A DNA stretch of 59,400 bases, filler included, from Basidiobolus ranarum (GCA_040143965.1; 8 parts of 8 records of this genome joined end to end with filler, not necessarily neighbours in it), one strand, 5' to 3'; positions 12,221 through 25,163 are shown, numbered from the whole stretch's first letter. The notes: generated by a model from the sequence alone, not told the origin. Program-made: numbers and translations.

Positions 12221-13830
12221 TTATAATCTATCCAACTCTTGAATCAAATTAGTTACAGTGCTGTTGTTGGTAGTGTATGCGGCATAATCATCGATCTCAT
12301 ATTTAGCTGAACTCTCAGTAGATGCAGGCTCCAAAACCTCATCTTCATCATCACTTTCATAATGATAAAGATCAAAGATAGAATGGCGATAAGTATCAAC
12401 CTTATCGGTAGACATGCGGGATTGCGGTGATTTGTACACGAGATCACATTCCTCACTAATTTTAGTGGTTACTCCGTGGTCGATGCCGGTTTCTAACTCC
12501 ATATCTGTGCCAACAGAATTGGTATGGTTAGAGTCTAAAAGGGGGTTCGTTGGATCGATGAAAGAGTCTTCAGAACTTGACGGAGACATAGACGCCAGAA
12601 ATTCAAGAATAGAGTCTAAAGCAAAATGGTGTTAAAGTAAGGAAGATATCAGGAGTTAATTGATGAAGAAATGTTACCTTCTTCAGGAAGTCTGGAATTG
12701 TGTTCAGGGCCTTCCATTGTTGAAAGAACATGTTCGTAATCTTCAGAATCCTTAGCATAAATGACGGCATCGCGCCACTTCGTCTTCTCCGGATTTGTAG
12801 ATAGTGAGTGGCGAATACAGCGAGTTGTTTTTTTGGATACTACATCAATCTAAGTACCATCGTCGGACTTGACTCGCTCTTTAGTCTCGATATCAGTCCA
12901 CTTAGGGGAAGTAGTGATGTTAGGATGAGAAAACCGATGGAGTGGTGAGGAAACTTCCGTTAAAGAGACTACATCAGAGTTTGGAATCTCACATTCAGCT
13001 AACGGAGTCTCCTCAGATTCTGAGATGGTAGAGGATATGATATCTGTATTGGAGATACAGTCAGCTTTGAATTGTTTCGCTAGAGCAACTCTTTCCCACT
13101 CGGTTGTTTGCTGATTGAATGATTCCGAAAGGATTGGAAAGGGTGAATAACTATCTAAAACCTCAGAATTACTCACTGTCCAGTCGTTCCCAGCGACTGG
13201 AGCATATGAGGCTGACAGGCCTTCTCTGTTGTAAGTCCCATAGCTAGAATGCTTATCACTGGAGCCATCCGACGTAAAAGATGATAGAGAACTACCAGAA
13301 AGGAAGCCATTATGTTTGGTCACTTTATGAGAGCTTAGACGCAAAATTTCTCGTTCACTAAGCTGCCTTTGCAATGTATGCGTGCTGCTTTTGGAGGATT
13401 GTCTAGAAAGTTGTCCGGATAAACCAGCTCCATGTGAAGGGTTCAATGCTTGTGATGTAGTTGTTGACTTCTCCACGCAAGCTAGCTCCTTTGCAGGTTT
13501 CGCAATTGGGACTGCTTCGATAAATGAACTTGCTGTGACAAGAACTGGAGGTGAAATTTTCTCCCGGCTCAGCCGATTACGATTGAATTTCTTATTCAAC
13601 AATGCAGATAGCCTTCGTATTTTTGATGGATTACGGTTGAGTGCACCATTTGCTCTCAATTGATCATTCTTCAAACTTTCGATTGTAGCCGAATGAAGAG
13701 TCTCAGTCAACATATCGTGAGACTTATATTGTTTTTTTATCAGGTGCTTGTGTTTACCGAAGGTCTGCTTGTCAGCTAGTGGCGATCGAGACCCATCACT
13801 ATATGAATTGAACCTAGGCCTTTGCAACAT
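12221..13830 (-). CDS. Ser-rich hypothetical protein with one in-frame TAG (12852-12850) and one intron
   Basis: The frame continues open after the TAG (IDVVSKKTTRCIRH...RLPEE) to a GT-AG intron at 12677-12616, which joins in frame to ORF 12589-12221. Confidence 0.65.
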
Positions 13831-14806
13831 GGCTACTTGAATTGTCGTTTATGAAAGTGATGATATATTCTTTCCCTGCCAACAGAAAAGCTTCCTGAGC
13901 TTTAACAGATACGAGGAAAAATGCGAGTAATATCCAAGCCAGTGGCTACAAAAAAACGATATCTATAACTGACCGCTTTAAGAAACGACAGTGGCAACCT
14001 TTGGGAGGAAGTTATTCACAACAGGGTAGAGATAGAATTGACGATTTAAGGATGACTTAGTGGGTCCCACTGTTTGATTTTATTCATAACACAGAAGGAT
14101 CGAATCCCCAGCAATCCTAGTAACTGAAATTGGCAATGCATATTATTCATTGAATCGAGTGTTGTGTTACGGTTCACTCGCTACTAGATTTGATTTGCTT
14201 GAAGCTAGAGCAGCGAATAAACATCCAATTTAGTTTTTTTCGGACGCTAATCATACTAAACTGCCTCTTGTTTTCAAAACTCATACCGGAGTTTCATTGT
14301 GGATATACGATTGGTTACTGCCAGGGGAGTGTCCGTTAATACAAAGACCAAATTTGGGCATAATCAACCATTTCAGGTTGAATTTGTAAATTTATCAAAA
14401 TCTTGGTTTCATTTTAATCAGTACTGAGCATATTAATCAGGTTAATTTCATAGTGGGGCATTAGGCTCCATCTCACTTTATAAGCAGTACGCTGGAAAAT
14501 GCACCCAGATCTCTAAAAATATCTGATATATCTATGCCTTGGCATGCGTGAATTTTTGCAATATATTCAAGTTCCAGAGCAATCCGAAGCAAAAAAAGTT
14601 GTTTAAGTACAAATGAGGATGTGGCTTTGCAATTACTTTGAGTTAAACAATCGAGTGCTAGATTATGTCTCATGCTTTGAATAACTTCTATTTCATAGCA
14701 GGGGGTTGAGTAATGTTGACATTATTTTAAGAAAACACTAAAGAAGTTATTGTATGGGAATGTACCATGTTATAAATAGACCTAGTGCGATTTAGTAGCA
14801 TGTCAT

Positions 14807-14906
14807 NNNNNNNNNNNNNNNNNNNNNNNNNNNNNNNNNNNNNNNNNNNNTTAATTAATTAANNNNNNNNNNNNNNNNNNNNNNNNNNNNNNNNNNNNNN
14901 NNNNNN
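14807..14906. other. Artificial contig linker
   Basis: N44-TTAATTAATTAA-N44. Confidence 0.99.
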
Positions 14907-15018
14907 ATGTCCAACAATACTATTTTATAGTAAACTCTAAGTAGCAACTATTCACTTCAATAACATCTTAGTGTCTTATTCTCATATCAAAATTCCTGCT
15001 CACCTAATCACTTTTATA

Positions 15019-15445
15019 AGGCTATAAGCCCCCACCTTGCTGTTAAAGGAACATCTACCGGTACTTTTTCCAATCTGTTTGCATCAATAAGGAAGTTTGA
15101 TGGTGAAGACTCTTACCATTAGAAGTTCAAGATGCAAATAGTGCTGGAAAACAAGGATCTCAAGGAATTTCTAACAGAAAATAAAAAGTGTAAAGGGACC
15201 ACCAGAAGCTTTCCTTTCCTTTCACAAGAAGCAGAGGAAAGCACACTTTACACTCTGTCTGCATCTTGGCTACTCTCAATTGAGACACATATACTCAGCC
15301 AAAAAAGTCACAAATACTTAGAAAATATTGTAGGGACTCTAGAAGACTAAATGTCTAGCTAATAGAATATATCTTAGATTAAAATTATTCACTATTCAGA
15401 TGAACTCTGGTGATGCAATGGCTAGTCATCTAAATCAGATACAAG
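15019..15445 (+). mobile_element. Ty1/copia gag relic with degenerate PBS
   Basis: PBS-like aggctataagccc at 15019. IRKFDGEDSYH*KFKMQIVLENKDL and LANRIYLRLKLFTIQMNSGDAMASHLNQI match copia gag (DUF4219/UBN2-like). Confidence 0.8.
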
Positions 15446-15509
15446 CTAGGGCATATCTAAAGTTTTTGGGGATTTGGAAGTGTTTGGGACATGACTTGGA
15501 TCTGTGAAT

Positions 15510-15841
15510 TGGTCTCATATAGGCCCACAAGTGTTTCACAAGCAGTTTGGTTGTTTTTAGATCATTATGTGTGCCTCAATTGAGAGTTGCTGAGATGTAG
15601 ACAAAGTGTAGAAAGTGGTCTCCTCTGCTTATTGTTGAAGGCAAGGATAGCTTTTGCTGGATCCTATGGCTCTATTTCTTCATGTGCAACAGATCCCCAC
15701 AGGTTTTGTCTTCTTGCACCACTTGCTTCTTGGCCTTGGAAAGGTGAAAGTCCTCACCATCAAACTTCTAAGTGGATGCAAAAACATGGGTAATAGTACT
15801 GGTAGACATTCCTTTAACAGCTAGCTTAGGGCTCATAACTT
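15510..15841 (-). mobile_element. Second Ty1/copia gag relic, convergent with the first
   Basis: PBS-like aagttatgagccc at 15841-15829. Reads KFDGEDFHLSKAKKQVVQEDKNLWG...STLCLHLSNSQLRH...CETLVGLYE. Confidence 0.75.
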
Positions 15842-16857
15842 GATAAATAAGTTTAAGGGATTTGGAATTTTTTTGGACAACATTTGGATCTGTAAATTAG
15901 ACACTTAGGTATTATTGAATTGAATATGTCCTGTTTATAGTTAACTACTTATTAGGACTATTACATTGGAATTTTGTAAGTAGCAACTCTTATTTAGAAG
16001 TTAATTATTCATATTTTGCTTATTTAGCACTCAATTCAGTCATTCAAAAAATGCGTTAATTGCTCTAATTGATCCGACATTCACTTCACTTGTTGAGTAT
16101 ACAAATTGAATGGCAACAGAGTGACTTAATACAGCCAACTTGGTTTAAACTTTTTCATAATAAAAGAGCTTCATATTATCGGAAACCTTCAACATATATT
16201 AGCCACTGTGAATATAATAAGATACTGGGTACATGAAAGGACAATCGACAGAAATACTCGTACAGGACTGAGCATTTGAGTCTGGTTTCTTTCGATTTTA
16301 TTTTTAGCAGCTTTTACGGGTTACAGGGCGACATGGGCTAAAACATCCCGCTTTTAGGAAAAGACCTTGAGGGAGGTACACCAATTGGCAATACCTGATT
16401 TTACCTTCATCAACACTAACTACAAGTACAATGAAATAACTTATTTGAAGGGGAGGTGAGAACATGGGAACTCATATAGAGCCTATTTATGCTATTAAAT
16501 ATAATCGCGAGAGTGTGCATTATGGTAGCACTCTCTTACCATAGGTAACTTAATCACACTAAATATTCGTTAGTGTCGTGACAACCAGAGAATTATTCAA
16601 TTGTATACTTGCTGTATCTCTACATATAATGAAAATCACCGTTAAATTTATCTACTTACGAAATTCACATTTATCAACAGATGTTTCACAAACACCTGGT
16701 ACGAAGTATTAACAATCCAATACAGTTGTTGTATAAATACATATATACATCTCGTAAGGCTCGTTTGAATATTCATTTAATTACTTTCATATAAATAGTA
16801 ATGTATCAATTGGTACAAGAAGAGCAAGGGGTTAGTAAGATTTTAACCATGTACAAG

Positions 16858-17585
16858 TTACAATCTCATGCCAAGCTTATATTCCATGGAAGTATGAACA
16901 TCCATCATTTCAGTAGATAAAGCAGCATCTAGTTATTCAGGAATTAATCAAAATGTTCTACAAAGATAACATAAAAATAGAATACTTACCATTTAAGTAA
17001 TCTTCGAAATCGATATGTTCATCTTTACCAGTCAAAATGTCGAGACCAATATTTGAAGAAGGGAGTACAGGAAGGCGTTGGTTCTATATTTGTTGGTCAA
17101 AATAGTTCTTAGTACAAGTTAGAGGCTTAGGTAAATCTAAAATCTCGTACACGAGAGACAATATCTCTTTCCATAAGAATTCTAACTGGAGCATGAATTC
17201 CATAAAGTTGACGTTGCATATTCAACTTGAGGTTGGTCTGAGTTTCATCCCACTATATGAAATCGAACTAAGTATTATTGGCTCCCTTCAAAGAGTATGA
17301 TCAAATATCATAAGTATTCTTACGTTCTTCAATTTTGCTTCCAAAGGATGTCCTGCAGTGACTTCACTAGCAACCGACTTGAAACCATGACGAAGAGTAT
17401 CGTGTACTTTGAACGAGTTTGCAGTATCACAAAGACTGTGTTTCTCGGATTGAGAAGTGAAATTACCAGGAAGGATTCTAAGAGAGTTGGAAGCCTAAGT
17501 AAGCGATTGAGATAAATTCTGATCAATAAAAAGGGTTGGACAAGAGATCTTCAAAATGGCAAAGTAATAGGATAAAAATTACCAT
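16858..17585 (-). CDS. UMP1: Proteasome maturation factor Ump1/POMP, 5 exons
   Basis: Exons 17585-17583, 17494-17324, 17252-17151, 17083-16990, 16928-16858. Motifs HDTLRHG, HPLEAKLKNW, YGIHAPVRILMER, LDILTGKDE, HTSMEYKLG. Confidence 0.93.
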
Positions 17586-18432
17586 AGTACACCGTAAAGA
17601 GATTGAAGTAATTCAAGTTCACTTGTGTATATTAAAGTCTACCCTGAGCTGGTTGCCAATTACTACACTAATTTTCATTGACGCAACCAAATCTAGGATT
17701 ACGTACACTACTCCATTACATTCATCACTATTGACCATGTACCGATTGGGGAGGAAAATATATTGTCTAACTATATCAAAATTATTTACCTCTAGTAGAA
17801 ATGCTAATCGAATTCCAGAACTATGTTCAACTTAAACCTCATTCTGCATCTCATGCTGGATGTAAAGCATGAATTGGTATATCTATCCAGTGAGAGATCC
17901 ACACTTGATTATTTGAATTTATCGACTATTTCGGATATGAAACCCTCTAACGATGACAGTGGCCAAGACAAATGCCACATGAGTTAATCTAATGGAAGAG
18001 TGGAAGATCCTTCGATAATCAGAGTTGAACTCCAATTCAAGCAACTACACCAACAACCTGGACAACTCTATTTGCAATGAGGGGACAAGAGCAAAGGCAG
18101 CGTCTGAAAAATTCAAAATTCGGCACAACTTATACAAAGTATGTCAGTTACAGTGCCACATCTCGACTATGCAATCAAAATTATATTCATGGGATGTAAT
18201 ACAGACATGGTTATATGCTCTGAAGGAGTAATCCAACCAATCATCAAGGCCAATCATAGATATTCTTGAAGGAAAATAAACAATATTCACTATATTGTTA
18301 TCAGCAACAACAGAGTTCCCTATAATAACTGTTATCAGCATTTTCTTCCTAGCAACACCAGGAAAACGAATCCACACTTCTTGGATATACATACTTATTC
18401 ACCAAAAGTTATAACCCGAATCTATCAATACT

Positions 18433-19249
18433 ATGAGTGATAACCGGGAGGTTGGAAATCTCGCATTCTGGAGTGTATCTAGTGAAAAGATGGGTTATGG
18501 CGTAGATAAATTAATAGACGATAATGTAGAAACTTTTTGGCAGTAAGTATACGAGTGAGAAGTCAACCTACTTCTTGGCATTACTTTTTCTCTATATATC
18601 CTCGAAAGGTATTCGAATTGTAGTGAAAATAAACTAAAGTTTCGGTTTGATATTAGGTCTGATGGTGGTCACCCGCACTATATAAATATCCAATTCACAA
18701 AGGAGATGACTTTAAGTGTAAGTATAAGCCATTGAATCTGTTGTATTGCAATTTGAAGTACTGATTTGAAGTGCGATTTTTAGCAAATATCTATATATTT
18801 AGATTACAAGCAGGATGAAAGTTATACTCCTCTAAGAATGGCTTTTAATGCTGGTACAGGAGTACATGATCTACAGGTATGAAGATAATATTTTGTATTG
18901 GCCAAAGTACATTATTGATACGGTGTTTATTCAGCAAGTACAAGTGATCGAAATAGGCGAGGTTGTGGGTTGGGTCAATTGTCCGTTGATATCTTCGGAC
19001 AAAATTTCGCCATTCCGAGCACGTTACTTTCAAGTGGTTATCTACGAAAATCATCAAAACGGTAAAGATACACACATAAGACAGATCAAGTTATATTCAC
19101 CCATTAAGTAAGTGCCGTCTGTTACACACTCAGTAGCTTTGCCGATGATTAACTTCCATGAAATGATTTCATGTAGGCCTCCTATTGAAGAGCCTGATTC
19201 ACTAGAATATGATACCGTTGATTTTTTGATGCACTCGATGATCAGATAA
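18433..19249 (+). CDS. APC10: Anaphase-promoting complex subunit 10 (Doc1), 5 exons
   Basis: Motifs [36 protein letters not shown] and the C-terminal IR tail. Confidence 0.93.
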
Positions 19250-19600
19250 CTATACAGTTCGCTTTTGTAACCATGACTATAAATATTTTGAATTCTTTTT
19301 ATCGTGTGTTCAGTTCAATATCCTTAGAATAGATTGAACAATATTTCATCCCCATTGCCGGTGCATCATTGATACCAAGTCTTACAAGTAATGTTGAAAA
19401 GTATCAAACTTCTACAAGAGAGTTGAGGCTTCATGAAAGAGAAGAATAACGGGAAATAGTTGTGTAAAATCATAGAAGGTGATAAGACAAATGTCCTGAA
19501 CAAAATCACATATCAACAGACTGACAAGTAAGCAACTTCCAAGAATCTCAAACGATTAAATAAATGAATGGATTGAAGTGAAGAATTAGTGTTATCAGTA

Positions 19601-21211
19601 TTATGCTTCGTCCGCTGTTGCTTCGTGTAAAACGACTTCAACATTGTGTGAGAGAGCAGGTGGACAGCATGCCGATTGGTCACAAGCTGAGGAACAGCGA
19701 AGTAAGCAATGGTCCTAAAGGATATGTAAATGTATTAGACACAATTTCATATCGCAAAAGAGCTGATGTGTAATAGAACGAGAGAAGAAAGCATAGATGA
19801 AGATAAATACATTAAGGCTTTGTGATTCGGCATCTTGGATTTTTGCTGATTCAAAATACTCTGGTTGAATAGTGACCGAATGAACTCCATAGACATGTAA
19901 CAAATCTTTGATACGAGTAGCAATTCCCATATATATATTGCTATCTGTTACATGAACATGAACTGAAGCAATGGTCTTGGTGTCAGATAGTTGCCATACG
20001 TGAAGTTCATGAACTGAGATCACCCCGGGAATCTAAGAAAATATGAAGTTGAGAACTGGAAACCATTGAATGACTACTCTATAGTACTTACGTCTTGGAT
20101 TTGATTTTCCAGGATGTCCATTGGAATCGAATTGGGCACACCATGCAAAAGGATAAAGCATGTGCTTTTGACTAAAAAAATATTTCATTAAAGAATTTAG
20201 AGTTTTACTTCCATTAAAGGAAGCTTATTTGGTAACTCACCGAGAGGTAGCGAGAATGTTAGGATCAATCCAGTGATTATCAGACTGATGATAGGATCCA
20301 GCAAGAATCGTTGAGGAAACTCGCATTTCCAGATGATGAGAGAGCTTACAATAACCGCAATGCTGCCAAGTGCGTCTCCCAGGACATGCAGGAACACCCC
20401 ATGCATGTTAAGATGTCCTCGTTCCTTTTGTTTTCCTTCTTGTTTTTGGTCACTCTCAACATGAGTAAATAGGCCAGAATCAATAAGCGAGGTATCTTCA
20501 TCAATTTGGCCTTGATGTTCTATATCATCGCGAATGCGGCGAACTTCATCAGCAGTTTGAATGATAGAAGCTGGAGTATGGAGAGGATTAGGATCCGAGT
20601 GAGAATGGCAGTGACCATGAGCATGACCATGCTCTGTAGAGAAATGAAGCAATTAAAATGATGACATATATGTATAAGCTCTTCGAAAATTCAAAAACCA
20701 ACCGTGGAATAGACCTAGGCCAATGAGGTTTACTATAAGACCCAATCCGCCCACAATAAGAACAAATACGGGATTTTCGATTTCTATAGAAATTCAAGGG
20801 TTAGCTCAAATCTCATGCTGAGCTTAAGAAGTAATACCTCTTGGTTCGAAGAATCTCTGAATAGCTTCGACAAAAATAGAGAAGCATAAGGCGATCAGAA
20901 ATACACCGTTAATTAAAGCACCCAAAATCTCCGCACGTTGCCAACCGTAAGTATATTGGGCAGAATGACTCTTCTCGCCAAGCTAAGATGATATATAAGT
21001 ATGTTTGTGCTGAACGAATGTTTAAGAGCAACAACTAAAACGGTACCTTTATAGCGTACAAGGCAACGCACAAGCTGAGCAAATCACTCAACATGTGAAA
21101 GGAATCAGCAACCAAGGCAATAGAACCGGCGGCATAGCCTACAATTAACTCAGCAAAGAAGAATGTAGTTGTGAGGAGAAGCAAAATTGTGAGGCGGGTT
21201 GTCCTCTTCAT
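19601..21211 (-). CDS. Cation diffusion facilitator zinc transporter (Zrc1/Cot1/ZnT1-like), multi-exon
   Basis: ALVADSFHMLSD, TYGWQRAEILGALING, His-rich loop, NMHGVFLHVLGDALG, VHELHVWQL, HSVTIQPE and a C-terminal Cys cluster. Confidence 0.93.
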
Positions 21212-21599
21212 AGTAAGGTACAAGAAGTGTCGAACAATGTTTAGAGAAGAAAGAAGTCAATTTTAGCAAACTCTAAGACAAATTATAGGGAAATCTATCC
21301 AATGTATCCAAGGGATATTGTGTCCTTAGTGGCGATTAGTCGGTTTATTGTAGTAACTAGCAACCGAATAAATCGCAGTTCAATCAATAGCTATTTCACA
21401 GATTATTATTTAGAGTGTGGTAGAAATCAACTTTGACTTACTGGCTTCAGCAGACATTAACATCAAAAACCCTCATGTAGAGGATAGAGCTCAGATTCTT
21501 ATCAGATTGAGCAATGATATTGCGAATAAACTAGAATTCGAAATAATTAATATTTCAGCCAATATGGTTAATCTAAGGTCCTTTTTTGTAGGGTAATTC

Positions 21600-22249
21600 A
21601 GAATTACGGACCAATAACATTCGCCACTGATAAGATGGGTCTGTCACAGATTTTGAAATAGAAGCGCCTTTCAAGAAACCATGCTAGACAACGCTACATG
21701 TCAACGTGATCGTTCATGAGCGCTATTTTGTAAACAAGTCTGTAGAGGAAATGAATTCGATCTGAACGATAGTTACAATCATAGAGTCGCCACCAAATCT
21801 AGAATTAAATACTCGCTGATTATTTATAGCCATTTACGAAATCATGGCTTTGGATAATAGCGTTCCATATAGTCATTGTATCCCATTGGACACATCACAC
21901 ACATCCAATTCCTCTCTCGCCGTAATTGGAGCAAATATATCTACTGTTCGCAGTAAGCCATTGGGCTGGGTTTTGAAGTACTGCTATCCACTTGGACTGT
22001 GCATTATTTTGCACAATTGCAATTTAAGGTGCGATAATGGCTCAGTTCTGGATGTGTCTAATTCAGTCATGGCACGGTTGCCGCTTATTTGTATAACCAA
22101 TTTTATCTCGAGGTCAGTATTTGGTAATCTTGCAACACTTCCAAAAACATCTTGCACAGCTCTAATGTATAGTTATGCTCCGAACGAGTTCTCGCTACTA
22201 TCCGCATGTCACGCAAATAACCTATGGCCTCCTCCAGCCACTTCCAATT
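21600..22249 (-). pseudogene. Possible WDR6/Trm734-like WD40 pseudogene fragment
   Basis: Minus-strand frame with several stops reads LEVAGGGHRLFA...LYIR and FAPITAREEL, resembling WDR6 CGG.HR.W and LFSAG.REEL. The plus-strand ORF 21844-22305 is its antisense. Confidence 0.35.
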
Positions 22250-22349
22250 NNNNNNNNNNNNNNNNNNNNNNNNNNNNNNNNNNNNNNNNNNNNTTAATTA
22301 ATTAANNNNNNNNNNNNNNNNNNNNNNNNNNNNNNNNNNNNNNNNNNNN
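22250..22349. other. Artificial contig linker
   Basis: N44-TTAATTAATTAA-N44. Confidence 0.99.
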
Positions 22350-22560
22350 GATAACTATATTATTATAAACAGATGCTTAATCTATGTAATTTTCAATAGT
22401 AGATGATTTGCTGCTAGATTGACCTCGTAACCTATTGTAGACACTCGAAATTATATTCAAACCAGGATTCTAGAAGTTGTTGAAATAAAATGAATATCCT
22501 GAGCCTCTATATATTTGAGAAGGTGGCAAAAATATTTAGTCGAGATTGTTTAGCTTTGCG

Positions 22561-22674
22561 AGTAGGAATCAAAGGACTATGGTAGTAGGAATCAAAGGAC
22601 TATGGTAGTAGGAATCAAAGGACTATGGTAGTAGGAATCAAAGGACTATGGTAGTAGGAATCAAAGGACTATGG
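22561..22674. repeat. Perfect 23-bp minisatellite, ~5 copies (agtaggaatcaaaggactatggt)
   Basis: Directly visible head-to-tail copies with no spacers. Confidence 0.97.
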
Positions 22675-23086
22675 ATACACGTGTCTCACGCAAGCGGTTT
22701 GGGTTCATCCTCAAATGATTCTCTAATATTTCGGATATTCTAATATAATATGAAGTAATCAGAAAAATAAGGAGTTTAACTATAAAAGTATACTAGATGA
22801 TTCAAGTGCAAGTTTCAAAAACCAGAACAATCAAGGGTTTATTACGCTTATTGAGTATATCTAAATACTCCTCCAACTACTTATTTAAATCAAATATTAA
22901 CATCGAATCAAAAACTTTTTTACCTATGTTGTTGTGACTATTCTGTAAAGTATATCCTTTACTTCCCATTTTATAACCATATTACTGAGACGAGTTCTTC
23001 TTTTCTGTCTCTCTCTCTCACCCATTCTCCCACTTCACCATCATCCCTTTGTTACAAAATCATTTTATTGTTCACTTTTCGTGGAG

Positions 23087-23739
23087 ATGACTACCTTACA
23101 CTATCTCGAATATTATAAAAGATTTATCGCGATTATCTGTCGCCAAGCTGGATTTAAAGGGATATCTTCGACAGCTCTAGAAAGTTTAGCAGATATTACC
23201 TTGTTATGTAAGGGTCATTTACATTTTGAAGTTGAGAAGAGGACAGATATTTATTAGTATTATTTACCAACATTCACTCTTTATAGACATGAAAGAGGTC
23301 TTGGTATCAGCTCATGGTTATGCCGAGTTGGCTTCTAGAACTCAACCTAATATCGCAGATATCACACACGCTTTTACTGAACTTCGTATAGATATCGGTC
23401 AATTGATAGAGTTCAATCTTCAAATGGAACAAATTACCATTGAGATGAAAGGTATAGAGAGTAAATCAGTAAAATCTCACCTTGCCACGATATTCACCAT
23501 ATTTCCTCTCTTTCTCGCTAACAGACCGAACGAATAGATCCAACAAACTGAAAAAAAAATTGAACAAGATTGACGAGGAGAGCAAAGTAGAAAAAGAAGT
23601 TTTAGTTCCCGAAAATGTTATCATTGAAGAGAACACCATTGCAACATTTCCCGAATATATCCCTTCTCATTTACCACCACTTCCCACCCTTTTATCTGAA
23701 TCAGAACTAGAAGTACTTTCATTACCAAAGAAACCTTAG
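23087..23739 (+). CDS. Bromo_TP histone-fold protein (TAF8/TAF3-like), 3 exons
   Basis: IAIICRQAGFKGISSTALESLADI, AHGYAELASRTQPNIADI, and PEYIPSHLPPLP. Two GT-AG introns keep the frame. Confidence 0.8.
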
Positions 23740-24180
23740 TGAAAATTTGGGTAATTTTGATGGTTTTATAACATACTTCTGGTTGTTACATAATCATTTA
23801 GAGAAAGTTGTACATTTAAGGATATGTGCGGTTCTTTCTTAATATCATTTGATGTAAATACTCTTCTTTTTTTCCTTTTTCCCACACTCACATCGCCCCT
23901 TTCGTTTATCATTTTTAACCCATTATTCCATAGAGATGTAAATAAAAGTACCGAGCATTATCTTTATAGTTCGATTAATATACTCTTACTAATATATAGA
24001 GTGATACCGGCCAACTAAACATTCGACTTGAAATAAAGTTCGATTTAATAAAATAAAAAAAGTCAAAGGACACTTGTTAGTTAGTGGTAAATCTATATTT
24101 TTCCATGGTTCACTTTCTGAAATGTAACGGAAAGTGAAGAATAACAAGCGAGCTACACCATTAAACTATGCGGATGGTTT

Positions 24181-24560
24181 TTAAGCTTGTGGTGTATCAA
24201 GTTCTTTTTGCGCAAGTTTCTTTTCATTTTTACGTTGTTGTGCGTAATAAACTGAGCCACCGATAGCAGCTAACAAAGTAAATCCTTGAAAAATCACTCG
24301 ATAACGAAGCATGCGTTGTCCCATGACTCGATTACCACGTCGGAGATTAAAAGTGGCACTAATCAGTGCACCAACAGTACCCAAACAACCTAAATTTCAA
24401 AGAAACCACGTCAAATAAAAGCACTAAATGTGTTCGCCAAACTTGAGTTCATACCTATAGTAACCAAAGGCTCTTCTTTAGATTTACGTACAACTCTGGC
24501 CCAAGGGGATTCATATTCAGGTAAACTAAATATATCTTCTTTACCGCGGTCGGAACTCAT
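24181..24560 (-). CDS. RCF1: HIG1-domain respiratory supercomplex factor 1, 2 exons
   Basis: KSKEEPLVTIG|CLGTVGAL and the motif QRMLRYRVIFQGFT. Confidence 0.9.
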
Positions 24561-25163
24561 TGAAGGTGAAAATAGACTAACAAGTAATGCTTTACAATGA
24601 ATGGACTGTTAAAAATTTCTTTACTAGACTTCAGGTGGAATACTCTAGATTTATATGAACACTGATTCTAACTCGATCTACTCCGTCATTCCTTCTTCTA
24701 ACCCTAACCCTTGTATTTCACACAATCTGTTTTGTTCAAATCGATCTATCCTTATTGAATGTGGTTTTCTCGCTGGATAGGGCAATAAGCACCCCTCCTA
24801 AATCTTAACCCTCCGCTATATCGTGATATAAACCAATGAATTGATCAGACTAATGTACATATATATATATCAGCTTAACCCTAGGCGATCAAAAAAAAGG
24901 TTACGTATTCAAGGGAGAGTCATGGAGAGTGAATAATTTGTGATGGAAAATGATTCATTGATTGTTCATTTGGAGTTGGATTCACATGATGACATCTAGT
25001 ATGATCGAACTAGAACTAGAACCAGATTGGATTGGGTTGGAGAGTAACGAATGCTTTTGTTATCACCTAGATGCATTCTATGAAAGGAAGGTGGACAACA
25101 AGAAGAGATGCAGAAGGGTGGGGGTATGATGGGGGAGGGGAATAGTGGATGGGGATAGATTAC

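Noticed and set aside
17900-18420. Coding relic between UMP1 and APC10
   Set aside because: The frames I read had stops and no recognisable motif.
21844-22305. Plus-strand 153-aa ORF as a gene
   Set aside because: No motif, runs into a linker, and is better explained as antisense of a decayed minus-strand gene.
22561-22674. CRISPR array
   Set aside because: Units are head-to-tail with no unique spacers, there are no cas genes, and the context is eukaryotic.
24698-24711. Telomeric repeat ctaaccctaaccct (also ttagggttagg at ~2235)
   Set aside because: Only about two units, internal, and not an array.
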